Origin: an uncultured Pseudomonadota bacterium
GTDB lineage: Bacteria; Pseudomonadota; Alphaproteobacteria; RF32; CAG-239
DNA length: 60,347 nucleotides
Reading direction: 5' to 3'
Assembly: GCA_902793695.1 (NCBI GenBank)
Contig: CADBEI010000005.1
Location: forward strand, 1 to 60,347
Positions 1 to 8,396 of the stretch are shown here, piece after piece. The notes beneath the pieces were generated by a model, which had not been told where the DNA came from, did no database searches, and was given only the letters and a program-made list of their open reading frames with translations. Position 1 is the first letter of the stretch. The number at the start of each line of letters is the position of its first letter. The position numbers were made by a program, and so were the translations under genes.

Positions 1-650
1 ACGGCGTCCATATCGGCGTAGGAATCAAGAATCTCATTGACGCGCTCAATGAACCTTGTCTGTCCGGTACCGTGGATGCGAGCAAGCAATTCTTTGCTCG
101 GACGCTGCTGGCGAACTAATCTTACCAACATATCCTGAGCAGTTGCATTGCCGTCGGCAGAATTTCTGCACAAATCAAACAACATCTCCTTATCCGGAGT
201 GTTTTTCTTAAAGTATGACCATAAGATGTTGCCTGATCCGGCTTTCAGCAGGTCAATGACTTGACTTTTAGTAAGAGACAGACCGGATAAAATCCAGTTT
301 TCCCACTCACTTTGGTCTTGCCAAATGGTTGCCCGAGCTTCAGGCGAGAAGACGGCACCCCACAAAAGAGACTGCTTACCGCCATCATCATGCGACTTAT
401 AATAAGCCACCTGCGTCTTGGTGGGATACTCACATACCCTCTTTTTGCCGTAGCGGATAAACTCCGCACGGTACTTCATCGGAAGTACCTTAATCAGCGG
501 GGCATAGAGCCAGCCGCAAGCGCGGATCAGCAGTAGGTATACTAAATAGAAGTAGTTTAACAGCCCCTCCCCTTTATGCTTGGAGAAAGAACCGCTAATG
601 CTAATCGCTGTCATCTCCGGCGCCTTAATGCAGCACACGGGAAACCACAT
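1..650 (-). CDS. Hypothetical protein, truncated by the left window edge
   Basis: Manual translation shows an open frame from ATG 650 to base 1 (MWFPVCCIKAPEMTAIS...LLWGAVFSPEARATIWQDQSEWENWILSG...EILDSYADMDA). It is absent from the ORF track because its stop lies outside the window. Start uncertain. Confidence 0.65.
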   Translation of the reverse strand, partial: MWFPVCCIKAPEMTAISISGSFSKHKGEGLLNYFYLVYLLLIRACGWLYAPLIKVLPMKYRAEFIRYGKKRVCEYPTKTQVAYYKSHDDGGKQSLLWGAVFSPEARATIWQDQSEWENWILSGLSLTKSQVIDLLKAGSGNILWSYFKKNTPDKEMLFDLCRNSADGNATAQDMLVRLVRQQRPSKELLARIHGTGQTRFIERVNEILDSYADMDA

Positions 651-865
651 AGTTGTAATTTTTTGGCACCCTAGTTTCCAATCGGGATATGAATAAAAGG
701 TTTGTCGTTCCGTGGAAACAGAGCTTTACGCTCATCCGAAACAACGCTCATCTTCAGAAATAAAGAATCTTTTACACTCATTCATAAATCGGAATCTGAA
801 AGAAATTTCAAAAACGACCCAAAAATAAACATAAAATCATCCCCAATACTTAAATAAGCAAGGTC

Positions 866-894
866 AGTATATCGTTTTTGAAAAATTTTGTCAA
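866..894 (-). promoter_or_regulatory. sigma70 promoter for the edge ORF
   Basis: TTGACA-17 nt-TATACT on the minus strand. Confidence 0.6.
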
Positions 895-901
895 GATTTT
901 T

Positions 902-1855
902 TTAAAACATTCCCTTTTTGCGGAAATACAGAATTACCACCAAGGTTGCCAACAACGAGAGTGCTATCACCACGCCGAATCCTACGGTTTCATTCAAAAA
1001 CGGCACGCCGACGTTCATTCCCCAAAAAGTGCCGAGCATCGTCGGAATCGAAAGCACAATCGTGATTGCGGCCAAAAACTTCATAATCTGGTTTAAGTTA
1101 TTGTTGATAATCGAGGCAAAACCGTCCATCATACCCTCAAGAATCGAGCGGTGCATATCCACCATCTCGATAGCTTGTTTGTTTTCTACGATAACATCTT
1201 CGAGCAAGTCGGTATCATCTTCGGTAAAGGCCAGATACTTCGAGCTGGCCGGGGACTTGGTCATACGCAGAATCTTTTCCAAAACCAACTGATTATCGCG
1301 CAAAGCGGTTGTAAAGTAAACGAGTGATTTTTGAATTTCCATCAGCTGAAACAGCTCTTCGTTGTGTGTCGTCTGTTTGAGCGAATCTTCAATATGTTCG
1401 GTTTTGCGGTTGATAATCGCCAAATAGCGCAAATAGAACTGCGTAATTTTATAGAGAATCGAAAGCATAAACTTGGTGCGCTCGCGTGTATCAAACGACT
1501 TGGCCGTATTTTTGTTAAACGAGCTTAAAATACGATTATCGCGCGAACAAATCGTCAAAAAGTTTTCGCCGCTGAACACCAAACCGCATGGCAACGTATC
1601 AAAATTACCGTCTTCATCCAACAGCGGCAAATTCACAATGGTAGAAAAAACTCCCTCATCCAATTCGACTCGCGAACGTTCATCGGCATCCAAAGAGTTG
1701 CGCAATATATCCGAATCGACCGCAAGCAACGAGGAAACTTTGGTAATTTCCGCGCTTGTCGGGTTAGTTAAATTGAACCAGGCTTTGGCAACTTTGCCGA
1801 ATCTTTTGAGCTTAACAAGTTTTCCGCCGTCTTCCGTTTTATAAATACGCAGCAT
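902..1855 (-). CDS. corA: CorA-family Mg2+/Co2+ transporter
   Basis: GMN signature (FWGMNV) between two C-terminal TM helices; LDADERSRVE motif; AAGGAG RBS before ATG 1855. Confidence 0.92.
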   Translation of the reverse strand: MLRIYKTEDGGKLVKLKRFGKVAKAWFNLTNPTSAEITKVSSLLAVDSDILRNSLDADERSRVELDEGVFSTIVNLPLLDEDGNFDTLPCGLVFSGENFLTICSRDNRILSSFNKNTAKSFDTRERTKFMLSILYKITQFYLRYLAIINRKTEHIEDSLKQTTHNEELFQLMEIQKSLVYFTTALRDNQLVLEKILRMTKSPASSKYLAFTEDDTDLLEDVIVENKQAIEMVDMHRSILEGMMDGFASIINNNLNQIMKFLAAITIVLSIPTMLGTFWGMNVGVPFLNETVGFGVVIALSLLATLVVILYFRKKGMF

Positions 1856-1902
1856 TATTAAGCTCTCCTTTGATGAACATATTTTCAAAGTCAGTTTTGA
1901 AT

Positions 1903-1988
1903 TGGTGCGGCCAAGAAGACTTGAACTTCCACGAGCTTAGCTCATAACGACCTCAACGTTACGCGTCTACCAATTCCGCCATGGCCGC
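1903..1988 (-). tRNA. tRNA-Leu(GAG)
   Basis: GCGGCCATGGCGGAATTGGTAGACGCG...TT-GAG-GT...long variable arm...GTTCAAGTC...GGCCGCACCA; CCA encoded. Confidence 0.96.
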
Positions 1989-2081
1989 ATTCAAAACAAC
2001 ATACAATTATTATAATATTTTTGATAAATCAAGTTTTTTTTGACACGAAACAAAATTTTTACACAAATTTTTATTTTAGGC

Positions 2082-2110
2082 TTGACAAAATTTACAAAAT
2101 AGGTTAGATT
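2082..2110 (+). promoter_or_regulatory. sigma70 promoter
   Basis: TTGACA-17 nt-TAGATT; the -35 starts 55 nt before ATG 2137. Confidence 0.55.
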
Positions 2111-2136
2111 AATGATGTTTTATCAATTATTGAGAT

Positions 2137-2817
2137 ATGAAAAAGATTTATTTTTTGCTGTTTGTAGCGATAGCTGTAGCAGCAGTGTGTGCTTTCACTT
2201 CGTGCTCTAACACCGAAAAGAAAAAACTCGGCGAGTACGAGTTGACAGAGTCCAATGGCAAGTATGGATTGAGGAGCGAAGGAGGAAGTGTCGTATTGGC
2301 TCCAGAATTCGATGAAATCGTGGAAGACACGGTGAACAAGGCCGTGTTTGCCAAGACCGGTGACCTGACCTCTATCGTCGTAAACTCCTCCGTGATTGCC
2401 AGCGGTATCAACATCGAGGCAGTCGAACCCGTTGAAGGCAATGCCGACTACGCCTACATCAAGGCCGATGGCAGGAAGATGTTGTGGAAGATAGGAACAT
2501 CATCAACGTTTGGTCCCTTCGAGGACATCAAGCTCATCGATGGTATCATCTTCATGAGTCAGAACGGCAAATGGGGTGCGGCCACAACCGACCTCCGCGG
2601 TCTGGCTCCGCGCAAGTTCGAACGCGTCATTATCGTCAAGAACGACCCGCACATGGCTGTGCTGGTGAAGGACGCCAAGGGCTGGGAGATGTTTGATGCC
2701 GAGGGTGTGAGCAACGGTCAGCGCTATGACATCTCGCCGAAGGCCTTAGACAAGCAGATTAAGGCGCTGAAGTGCGATGGCACCATTGCCGTTGTCAGCG
2801 TAAACTGGAAACTCTAA
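2137..2817 (+). CDS. Bacteroidota-style lipoprotein with WG/KWG-like repeats
   Basis: Lipobox AFTS-C; repeats NGKYGL..G..V..PEFD and NGKWG.....G..P.KF; C/G-ending codons unlike the neighbours. Confidence 0.75.
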   Translation: MKKIYFLLFVAIAVAAVCAFTSCSNTEKKKLGEYELTESNGKYGLRSEGGSVVLAPEFDEIVEDTVNKAVFAKTGDLTSIVVNSSVIASGINIEAVEPVEGNADYAYIKADGRKMLWKIGTSSTFGPFEDIKLIDGIIFMSQNGKWGAATTDLRGLAPRKFERVIIVKNDPHMAVLVKDAKGWEMFDAEGVSNGQRYDISPKALDKQIKALKCDGTIAVVSVNWKL

Positions 2818-2876
2818 CCACGAGCGCGGGCATTGTTCTTAATTGACAGTGTCCGTGCTCCGCTAAAACCAAACGT

Positions 2877-2999
2877 ATGGAACAAAAAACAGATGACTTG
2901 CTCGGCAAGAATCCGCACCGCCGAGCCGTTACAAAAAAGCCGCTTGATAACGGCAACCAGCCTCGCAAACGCGAGGAAGACCTGGACGATAGCCTGTGA
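2877..2999 (+). CDS. Small charged protein (40 aa), below the ORF-track cutoff
   Basis: MEQKTDDLLGKNPHRRAVTKKPLDNGNQPRKREEDLDDSL*; lies between a hairpin and a terminator; codon style like the upstream gene. Confidence 0.45.
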   Translation: MEQKTDDLLGKNPHRRAVTKKPLDNGNQPRKREEDLDDSL

Positions 3000-3029
3000 C
3001 AGGTTCTAGCTAATTAATCTAACTAAGCC

Positions 3030-3061
3030 GCTCCCGAGTTTAACCGCTCGGGAGTTTCTTT
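3030..3061 (+). terminator. Intrinsic terminator
   Basis: CTCCCGAG/CTCGGGAG stem followed by TTTCTTT. Confidence 0.7.
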
Positions 3062-3115
3062 ATGAACTTTTTTTTAACTCTATTCGGATATAATGCGCGC
3101 CGATGAGGTATAAAA

Positions 3116-3805
3116 ATGCTCGATTTTGACGCTCATATAATCGGCGAAAGCCCGAAAAATATGCTGATTTTTCTGCACGGTTACAACGGAACCGTGGCCG
3201 ACCATCAATATGCTCTCGCTTGGTTTGAACAACATTTGCGCGACACCGTGCTGATTGTACCGCATGCGCCGGAAACAAGCGATAAGAATCCGGAACGGCG
3301 GCAATGGTTCGGTATGCTGAAGTATGACGCAACGAATCGGCGCAAACAGCCGGAAACAAGCGTTGAAGAAATCTTTGCCATTTATAATCAGACCGCCGCT
3401 GATATCGCGCATTGTGCCAAACAAATAAACGACTTTATCAATACAATGCAACAGCAATATCATTTTGACGACGCGCACACTTTTTTATGCGGATTTTCGC
3501 AAGGCGCAATGCTGACAATATATACTGCTCTGACGCGCGACTCCGAACTGGGCGGTGCGTTTGTTTTATCGGGTTTGGTGGCCGGTGCGGATTCTTTGGC
3601 CGGCAAAATCAGTGCCCGTCCGCCGCTTTATTTGTTTCACGGCACGGCGGATATGAAGGTGCAATTCAAAACTCTGACCGAGAGTGAAAAATGGCTGAAA
3701 TCTTATAATGTTCCGCTGAAAATCGCAACTTATGACGGCTTGGAGCATCGTATGTGCGAAGAAGAAATCACCGAAATAACCGATATTATCAATAACCGTG
3801 TATAA
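3116..3805 (+). CDS. Phospholipase/carboxylesterase (alpha/beta hydrolase)
   Basis: FLHGY, GFSQG nucleophile elbow, FHGTAD and GLEH triad motifs. Confidence 0.9.
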   Translation: MLDFDAHIIGESPKNMLIFLHGYNGTVADHQYALAWFEQHLRDTVLIVPHAPETSDKNPERRQWFGMLKYDATNRRKQPETSVEEIFAIYNQTAADIAHCAKQINDFINTMQQQYHFDDAHTFLCGFSQGAMLTIYTALTRDSELGGAFVLSGLVAGADSLAGKISARPPLYLFHGTADMKVQFKTLTESEKWLKSYNVPLKIATYDGLEHRMCEEEITEITDIINNRV

Positions 3806-3832
3806 AAAAATTAAAGCAAGATGTTTTTCATA

Positions 3833-3861
3833 TTGACAAAAACCGCAAATTAAGCCATAAT
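3833..3861 (+). promoter_or_regulatory. sigma70 promoter
   Basis: TTGACA-17 nt-CATAAT; the -35 starts 55 nt before ATG 3888. Confidence 0.6.
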
Positions 3862-3887
3862 ATGCGGAGTTTAGCAATTATTAGAAT

Positions 3888-4445
3888 ATGGAATACAAAG
3901 AAATTATTAGAAACGGTCGTATAGTTGAACTTTCGGCCGCAGTGTTCGGGAAAACCATCAGGAATGCGGGGAATACTTATGCAGATTCGTTGGATGGAGA
4001 AGAAGAAAAAGAGTTAGTTCAGCGTCTGGTTTCAGATGAGAAGCCCGAAGAATGGCTCGGTTGGATGGCGGAGTACCGTAAGTACTATCCGCTCAGCAAC
4101 ACCGGCGTTGACGCGCTGATTGACAATCTGCAATCCGAGGCGGCTGAAATAGCTCTGGTTGAAGAATTCTCCCGCTACGGCTATACCGAAAATCAGGCCG
4201 TTATGATTTGCCGCAAGGCTCTTAATAACGAAGCCGGCACTTATCGGCAGCTGATTGAAACCATCTGCACGAGTGTGAGGATGTTTTTCTCCGATTTACC
4301 ATTGTTGCTTGCCCGACTGGATGAGCGCGACAAGGATGAAGATTTAGCGCCCCACTACGCCGAAACCTACCGCAAGTCTCTCCGTAAATATCGGGAGGAT
4401 AACAACTTGGACAGGTTCTATGACCCACAAAAAACACCTGCTTAA
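3888..4445 (+). CDS. Hypothetical acidic helical protein
   Basis: 185-aa ORF with its own promoter and a terminator (4431-4461); no recognisable motif. Confidence 0.7.
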   Translation: MEYKEIIRNGRIVELSAAVFGKTIRNAGNTYADSLDGEEEKELVQRLVSDEKPEEWLGWMAEYRKYYPLSNTGVDALIDNLQSEAAEIALVEEFSRYGYTENQAVMICRKALNNEAGTYRQLIETICTSVRMFFSDLPLLLARLDERDKDEDLAPHYAETYRKSLRKYREDNNLDRFYDPQKTPA

Positions 4446-4524
4446 ATGCCGGTGTTTTTTTGTTTTTTAAAATGCTTGCCAAATTAAACAAAATACATTA
4501 TAATATAAGCATAGGAGTAAGGCG

Positions 4525-5265
4525 ATGGCACAACCTGATTTTGAAACGGCTACCTTGGTGGCAGATAAAATTACCGCCGCCAAAGAACGTATGTCCGCAA
4601 CGCTGGGGCAGACACATATGGCTGCCGACGGCGCGGTGCATATTGTATTGCAACCGACGGTACCGGCTCCGGACCCGCTGAATATTAAACTGGAATATTG
4701 TTTCCGCAATATCCGCGACAATTTCAAAAAATACAACACCAAAGCCAAATATCATCTTAATTCAAATTTTATCCGACCGAAAGCCGAGCAAAAAATCATC
4801 AACGACTGCTTCAATAAAGATGAAGAATTAAAGCAGTTGATGAAGTATTTGAACATTACACTCAACGATTTTTCACAAAATCTCAAGCGCTTTATGAAAG
4901 GTGCGGAAAGTACCGATTACAGCGTTGATATCAGCCCTGCCGACGGTTCTTCTGCCAATATAAACATTGCCGTAAAAAATGCCAAAGGGCGAAAAATCGG
5001 ACCTTTTTTGCAAACCACTCTGTATCAGGATAATCACGACGGATACACGCGTTTGAATGTTTCTGTGGGCTATATGTCAAAGCATAACAAAAAAATAACC
5101 ACTCATTCGCTTTCGTATGATTCCGTATATAAACCCGAAGATTTAGCGGAGCGGCGCGGCGATAAAGAATATTTAAAAACCGAACAGCAGGTTCAACACG
5201 ATAAATTCAAAGACGTTAATGTTAAAAAAATGCGCAGCGATTTGCGTTTCAAGTACGGACGCTGA
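4525..5265 (+). CDS. Hypothetical protein with basic C-terminus (...RFKYGR)
   Basis: AGGAG RBS; TTGCCA...TATAAT promoter upstream; 246 aa. Confidence 0.75.
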   Translation: MAQPDFETATLVADKITAAKERMSATLGQTHMAADGAVHIVLQPTVPAPDPLNIKLEYCFRNIRDNFKKYNTKAKYHLNSNFIRPKAEQKIINDCFNKDEELKQLMKYLNITLNDFSQNLKRFMKGAESTDYSVDISPADGSSANINIAVKNAKGRKIGPFLQTTLYQDNHDGYTRLNVSVGYMSKHNKKITTHSLSYDSVYKPEDLAERRGDKEYLKTEQQVQHDKFKDVNVKKMRSDLRFKYGR

Positions 5266-5280
5266 TAAAATCAAGGCTTT

Positions 5281-5310
5281 AAAAAAGGGGGAAATAATCC
5301 CCCTCTTTTC
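5281..5310. terminator. Bidirectional terminator
   Basis: AAAAAAGGGGGA-aataa-TCCCCCTCTTTT between convergent genes. Confidence 0.7.
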
Positions 5311-5321
5311 ATCTCTCGCCA

Positions 5322-6119
5322 TTAGTCGGCAATGGTAATATTACGTTTTCCGGCCAGAGATTCTTTAATAAATTCAAGCTGTTCCATAACCATCGGATTA
5401 TCTTTGAATTTTTCGAAAGCGGCTTCCACCCGCTCAACAAAAGTACCGTCTTTGCCTTTGAAGATATACATAAAAGCACGGGTACAGGCTTTAATTGTGG
5501 CTTCGTCAATACCGCTGCGGCTCATACCGATAACATTAAGACCACGCAAAGCCGCCGGCATACCATTGGCGATACCGAACGGAATGACATCACGCGCCAC
5601 ACCGGAAACACCGCCGACCATGGCCTTGCGCCCGATGTGCACAAACTGGTGCACGGCGCAGTTGCCGCCCAAAATCACACCGTCGCCCAAATGCACGTGG
5701 CCGCCGATAACCGCATTGTTGGTCATAATCACGTTGTTGCCGACCACACAATCGTGGGCAATATGCGAGTTAATCATAAACATTCCGTTATCGCCGACAA
5801 CCGTGGTAAAATGCTCTTTCGGAGTGCCGGAATGCATGGTAACGTTTTCACGGATGATATTGTTTTTGCCGATAATCAAACGGGCTTTCGGCTGAAATTC
5901 GTTGCCGTGGTCCTGCGGTCCGCAACCCAAGCGCGCACCCGGAAACACAATTGTCCCCTCACCGATGGTGGTGTTGCCGTAAACGGTAACCTGCCCCAAA
6001 AGTTTTACGTTTTCGCCGATTTTTGCCTGCGAACTTACCCAGCACATAGGGCCGATTTCCGCGGTAGGTGCGATTTGTGCGCCGTCTTCGATAATTGCGG
6101 TAGGATGAATTTTAGCCAT
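5322..6119 (-). CDS. lpxA: Acyl-ACP--UDP-N-acetylglucosamine O-acyltransferase
   Basis: IHPTAIIE start, hexapeptide repeats, G..PQD, SHIAHDC, VHQF and GLNVIG motifs. Confidence 0.95.
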   Translation of the reverse strand: MAKIHPTAIIEDGAQIAPTAEIGPMCWVSSQAKIGENVKLLGQVTVYGNTTIGEGTIVFPGARLGCGPQDHGNEFQPKARLIIGKNNIIRENVTMHSGTPKEHFTTVVGDNGMFMINSHIAHDCVVGNNVIMTNNAVIGGHVHLGDGVILGGNCAVHQFVHIGRKAMVGGVSGVARDVIPFGIANGMPAALRGLNVIGMSRSGIDEATIKACTRAFMYIFKGKDGTFVERVEAAFEKFKDNPMVMEQLEFIKESLAGKRNITIAD

Positions 6120-6223
6120 AGTTATACCCTTTCATAATGTTATTATGATAATAACTTAAAATAATTACCGCGCTTATGCAACACACAAAAAGTTACAGTT
6201 TGTTTCTTTTGCCAAAGACAGTG

Positions 6224-6252
6224 TTGACATTCGGATAAAATCCGTTTAACGT
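6224..6252 (+). promoter_or_regulatory. sigma70 promoter driving the C4-like leader
   Basis: TTGACA-17 nt-TAACGT. Confidence 0.5.
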
Positions 6253-6361
6253 TAATATCAGGTGTGGGAGACCATGCTCAGGGCGTCGAAACCCTCTTAT
6301 AAAATTAGTCAGTCGTCGGAGCATGACGACTTAAATATATATGCCGGCTTCTGTCTTTTTT

Positions 6362-6451
6362 CGGGCGGATGTCGGCCAAATAAGGCTATGCGCCGAATAA
6401 GCCGAGCCGCTCTTTAGACTAATTTTATGACGGTTTTCGAACATCCGCCCG
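6362..6451 (+). ncRNA. C4 antisense RNA-like structured RNA
   Basis: Closing stem CGGGCGGATGT/ACATCCGCCCG; inner stems CGGC/GCCG and AGCCG/CGGTT; 6417-6440 is complementary to upstream 6286-6310. Confidence 0.65.
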
Positions 6452-6475
6452 CTTTCTGACGAAAGTGGGTTTTTT
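6448..6475 (+). terminator. Attenuator-type terminator overlapping the 3' arm of the C4-like RNA
   Basis: CCCGCTTTC-tgac-GAAAGTGGG followed by TTTTTT. Confidence 0.6.
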
Positions 6476-6507
6476 ATTTGCATAAATAAAATTTCGGAGT
6501 CGTTAAA

Positions 6508-7915
6508 ATGTCGGTATTAAAGCCTTTATTATCAAAACTGATATGCAAAAGATTATGTGCACTGCCTTTTGTTTTTTTCAGTATCTTTCTTATTTGCGCT
6601 TATAAATATGTGCAAAAATATTTTACCACTATGTCTGCGTCAGAATTTTTGTTTTTTATCAATACCCCTATGGAAGGGGCAGATAAGAGGCTTATCCATG
6701 TTTTTATAAATAAATGTCTGGTTAATCCGTTGCTTTATTCCATATTGATATGTTATATGTTTTGCAACGGCAATTATTTCATTGCCATTTAACATACTGA
6801 AAAAACAACTAAAATTGCCTGCTTTTCTTGGAATAGTATTGCAAAAAGTTAAAAAATATGAAACGATAACCTTGATTACATTATCGGTTTTAGTCTCGAT
6901 TTTCTACCTTCCAAAATTTTGGTTTCTCAAAGAATTGTTTGCTATGCACAGTGCTACTTATGATACATTTTATGAACAGCATTTTGTGCAGCCCACACCA
7001 CAAAACATACAATTTCCGCATAAGAAAAATTTGATTGTTATTGTTGTCGAAAGTCTTGAAGAAACATTTAAAAATAAAGATTTCTTCGGTCAATCATTAA
7101 TACCTCACCTTGAGCAGTTGGAAGCTGAAGGTGTAAAATTCACAAATTTTCAAAACGGATGGAGCACAACTTATACGGCGGCAAGCATTATGGCATTGTT
7201 TTCGGGTGTGCCGACAAATGTCATCGGGAAATACTTCGTTAACACATATGGTAAAACATTAAACTTTTTGCCGGAATATTATTCTCTCGGAAATATATTG
7301 CAAAGCAACAGCTACCAAACTTATTCGGTGCAGGGCTCAGGTGGTAGTTTTTCCGGATTGGAAAACTTTTTAATAGCCCACGGTATTGAGCATCTTATTG
7401 ACAACAAGGAAATGGAAACCGAATATCACATTGCTCAACCGCAAGATGATTGGGGATATAATGATAATGTTGTTATGGATGTTTCAAAAAAAGTAATTCA
7501 AAATATTGACCACTCAAAACCATATTTTTTATTGATTCAAACATTGGACACACACGCTAATTATGAAACACATATTCCGAATCACGGCAAATTTGATAAT
7601 TCGTGGTACAACGCAATTTATAACACCGATATACAGATTTATGAGTTTATAAAATGGATGCCTAAAGAAAGGTTTGTTTATAATTTATTTTTAAATGCAC
7701 CTAAACCGAAAAATACTGTGCGCACTTTCTCGCAAATAGATTTATTCCCTACCGTTTTGGAGGCAATGGGAGTCGAAATAAAAGGGCATCAACTGGGTTT
7801 AGGTATTTCCGTGTTCAGCAATAAGAAAACATTGTTGGAAAGATATCCCGATACTCTTGCTCAAAAATTATCCAAACGTAGCAAACTCAGTGAAGAATTA
7901 TGGAAAATGAAATAA
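6508..7915 (+). pseudogene. LTA synthase/phosphoglycerol transferase (LtaS/MdoB-like sulfatase superfamily), frameshifted and internally deleted
   Basis: KNLIVIVVESLE, WG..D, TLDTH and SQIDLFPTVLEA motifs. Split into 6508-6792 and 6782-7915 near a T-run at 6760-6763. The usual C-terminal ...(G/S)DH segment is missing at ~7658. Low GC. Confidence 0.75.
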
Positions 7916-8396
7916 CTGATATACCTTAATCACGCTAATAATCGGTAAATTGCCGATTACAGACGTGCCACGCGTAGCGATTCACAGATGGTGTCGGCGC
8001 ACAAAAACGAATCGCCGAGCGTGTTGCAATTTACAACCCGCAAATAACGAATCGGCACTTCATATTCGGCCGCAGGTATTTTTTTCGCCCTGCCGCATCA
8101 TATCGCCGTATGCAATACAAATCGGCGTTTTTTACCAACGTTTATCGTGTGCTGATATTGTCGGCACATAATCTCCGCCAAAATCCGCATTTGGTATAAT
8201 TTCCATCGGTTGCAATCGACCTCTTATCCGCATTTTCCCGTTCATGGTTTTGCTCGTGTATATAATATGATATATTCTTAAGTGTATTTATATAAATTAA
8301 CCGCTAAAAGTTATTAAAACAACCCCTCGTCCGTGTCAATGGCAAAACTACGTAAACTCATAAAAAAACCGCCGGCATAACCGACGGTTGGCAATA

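Noticed and set aside
650-840. Stop-codon recoding extending the edge ORF upstream
   Set aside because: The frame contains both TGA and TAA, and genes elsewhere end in TAA, TAG and TGA normally, so the standard code holds. The short ACGCTCATC repeats here are too few to call.
1903-2817. Island integrated at tRNA-Leu
   Set aside because: The foreign-looking gene is on the tRNA's 5' side, and I found no 3'-end duplication or integrase.
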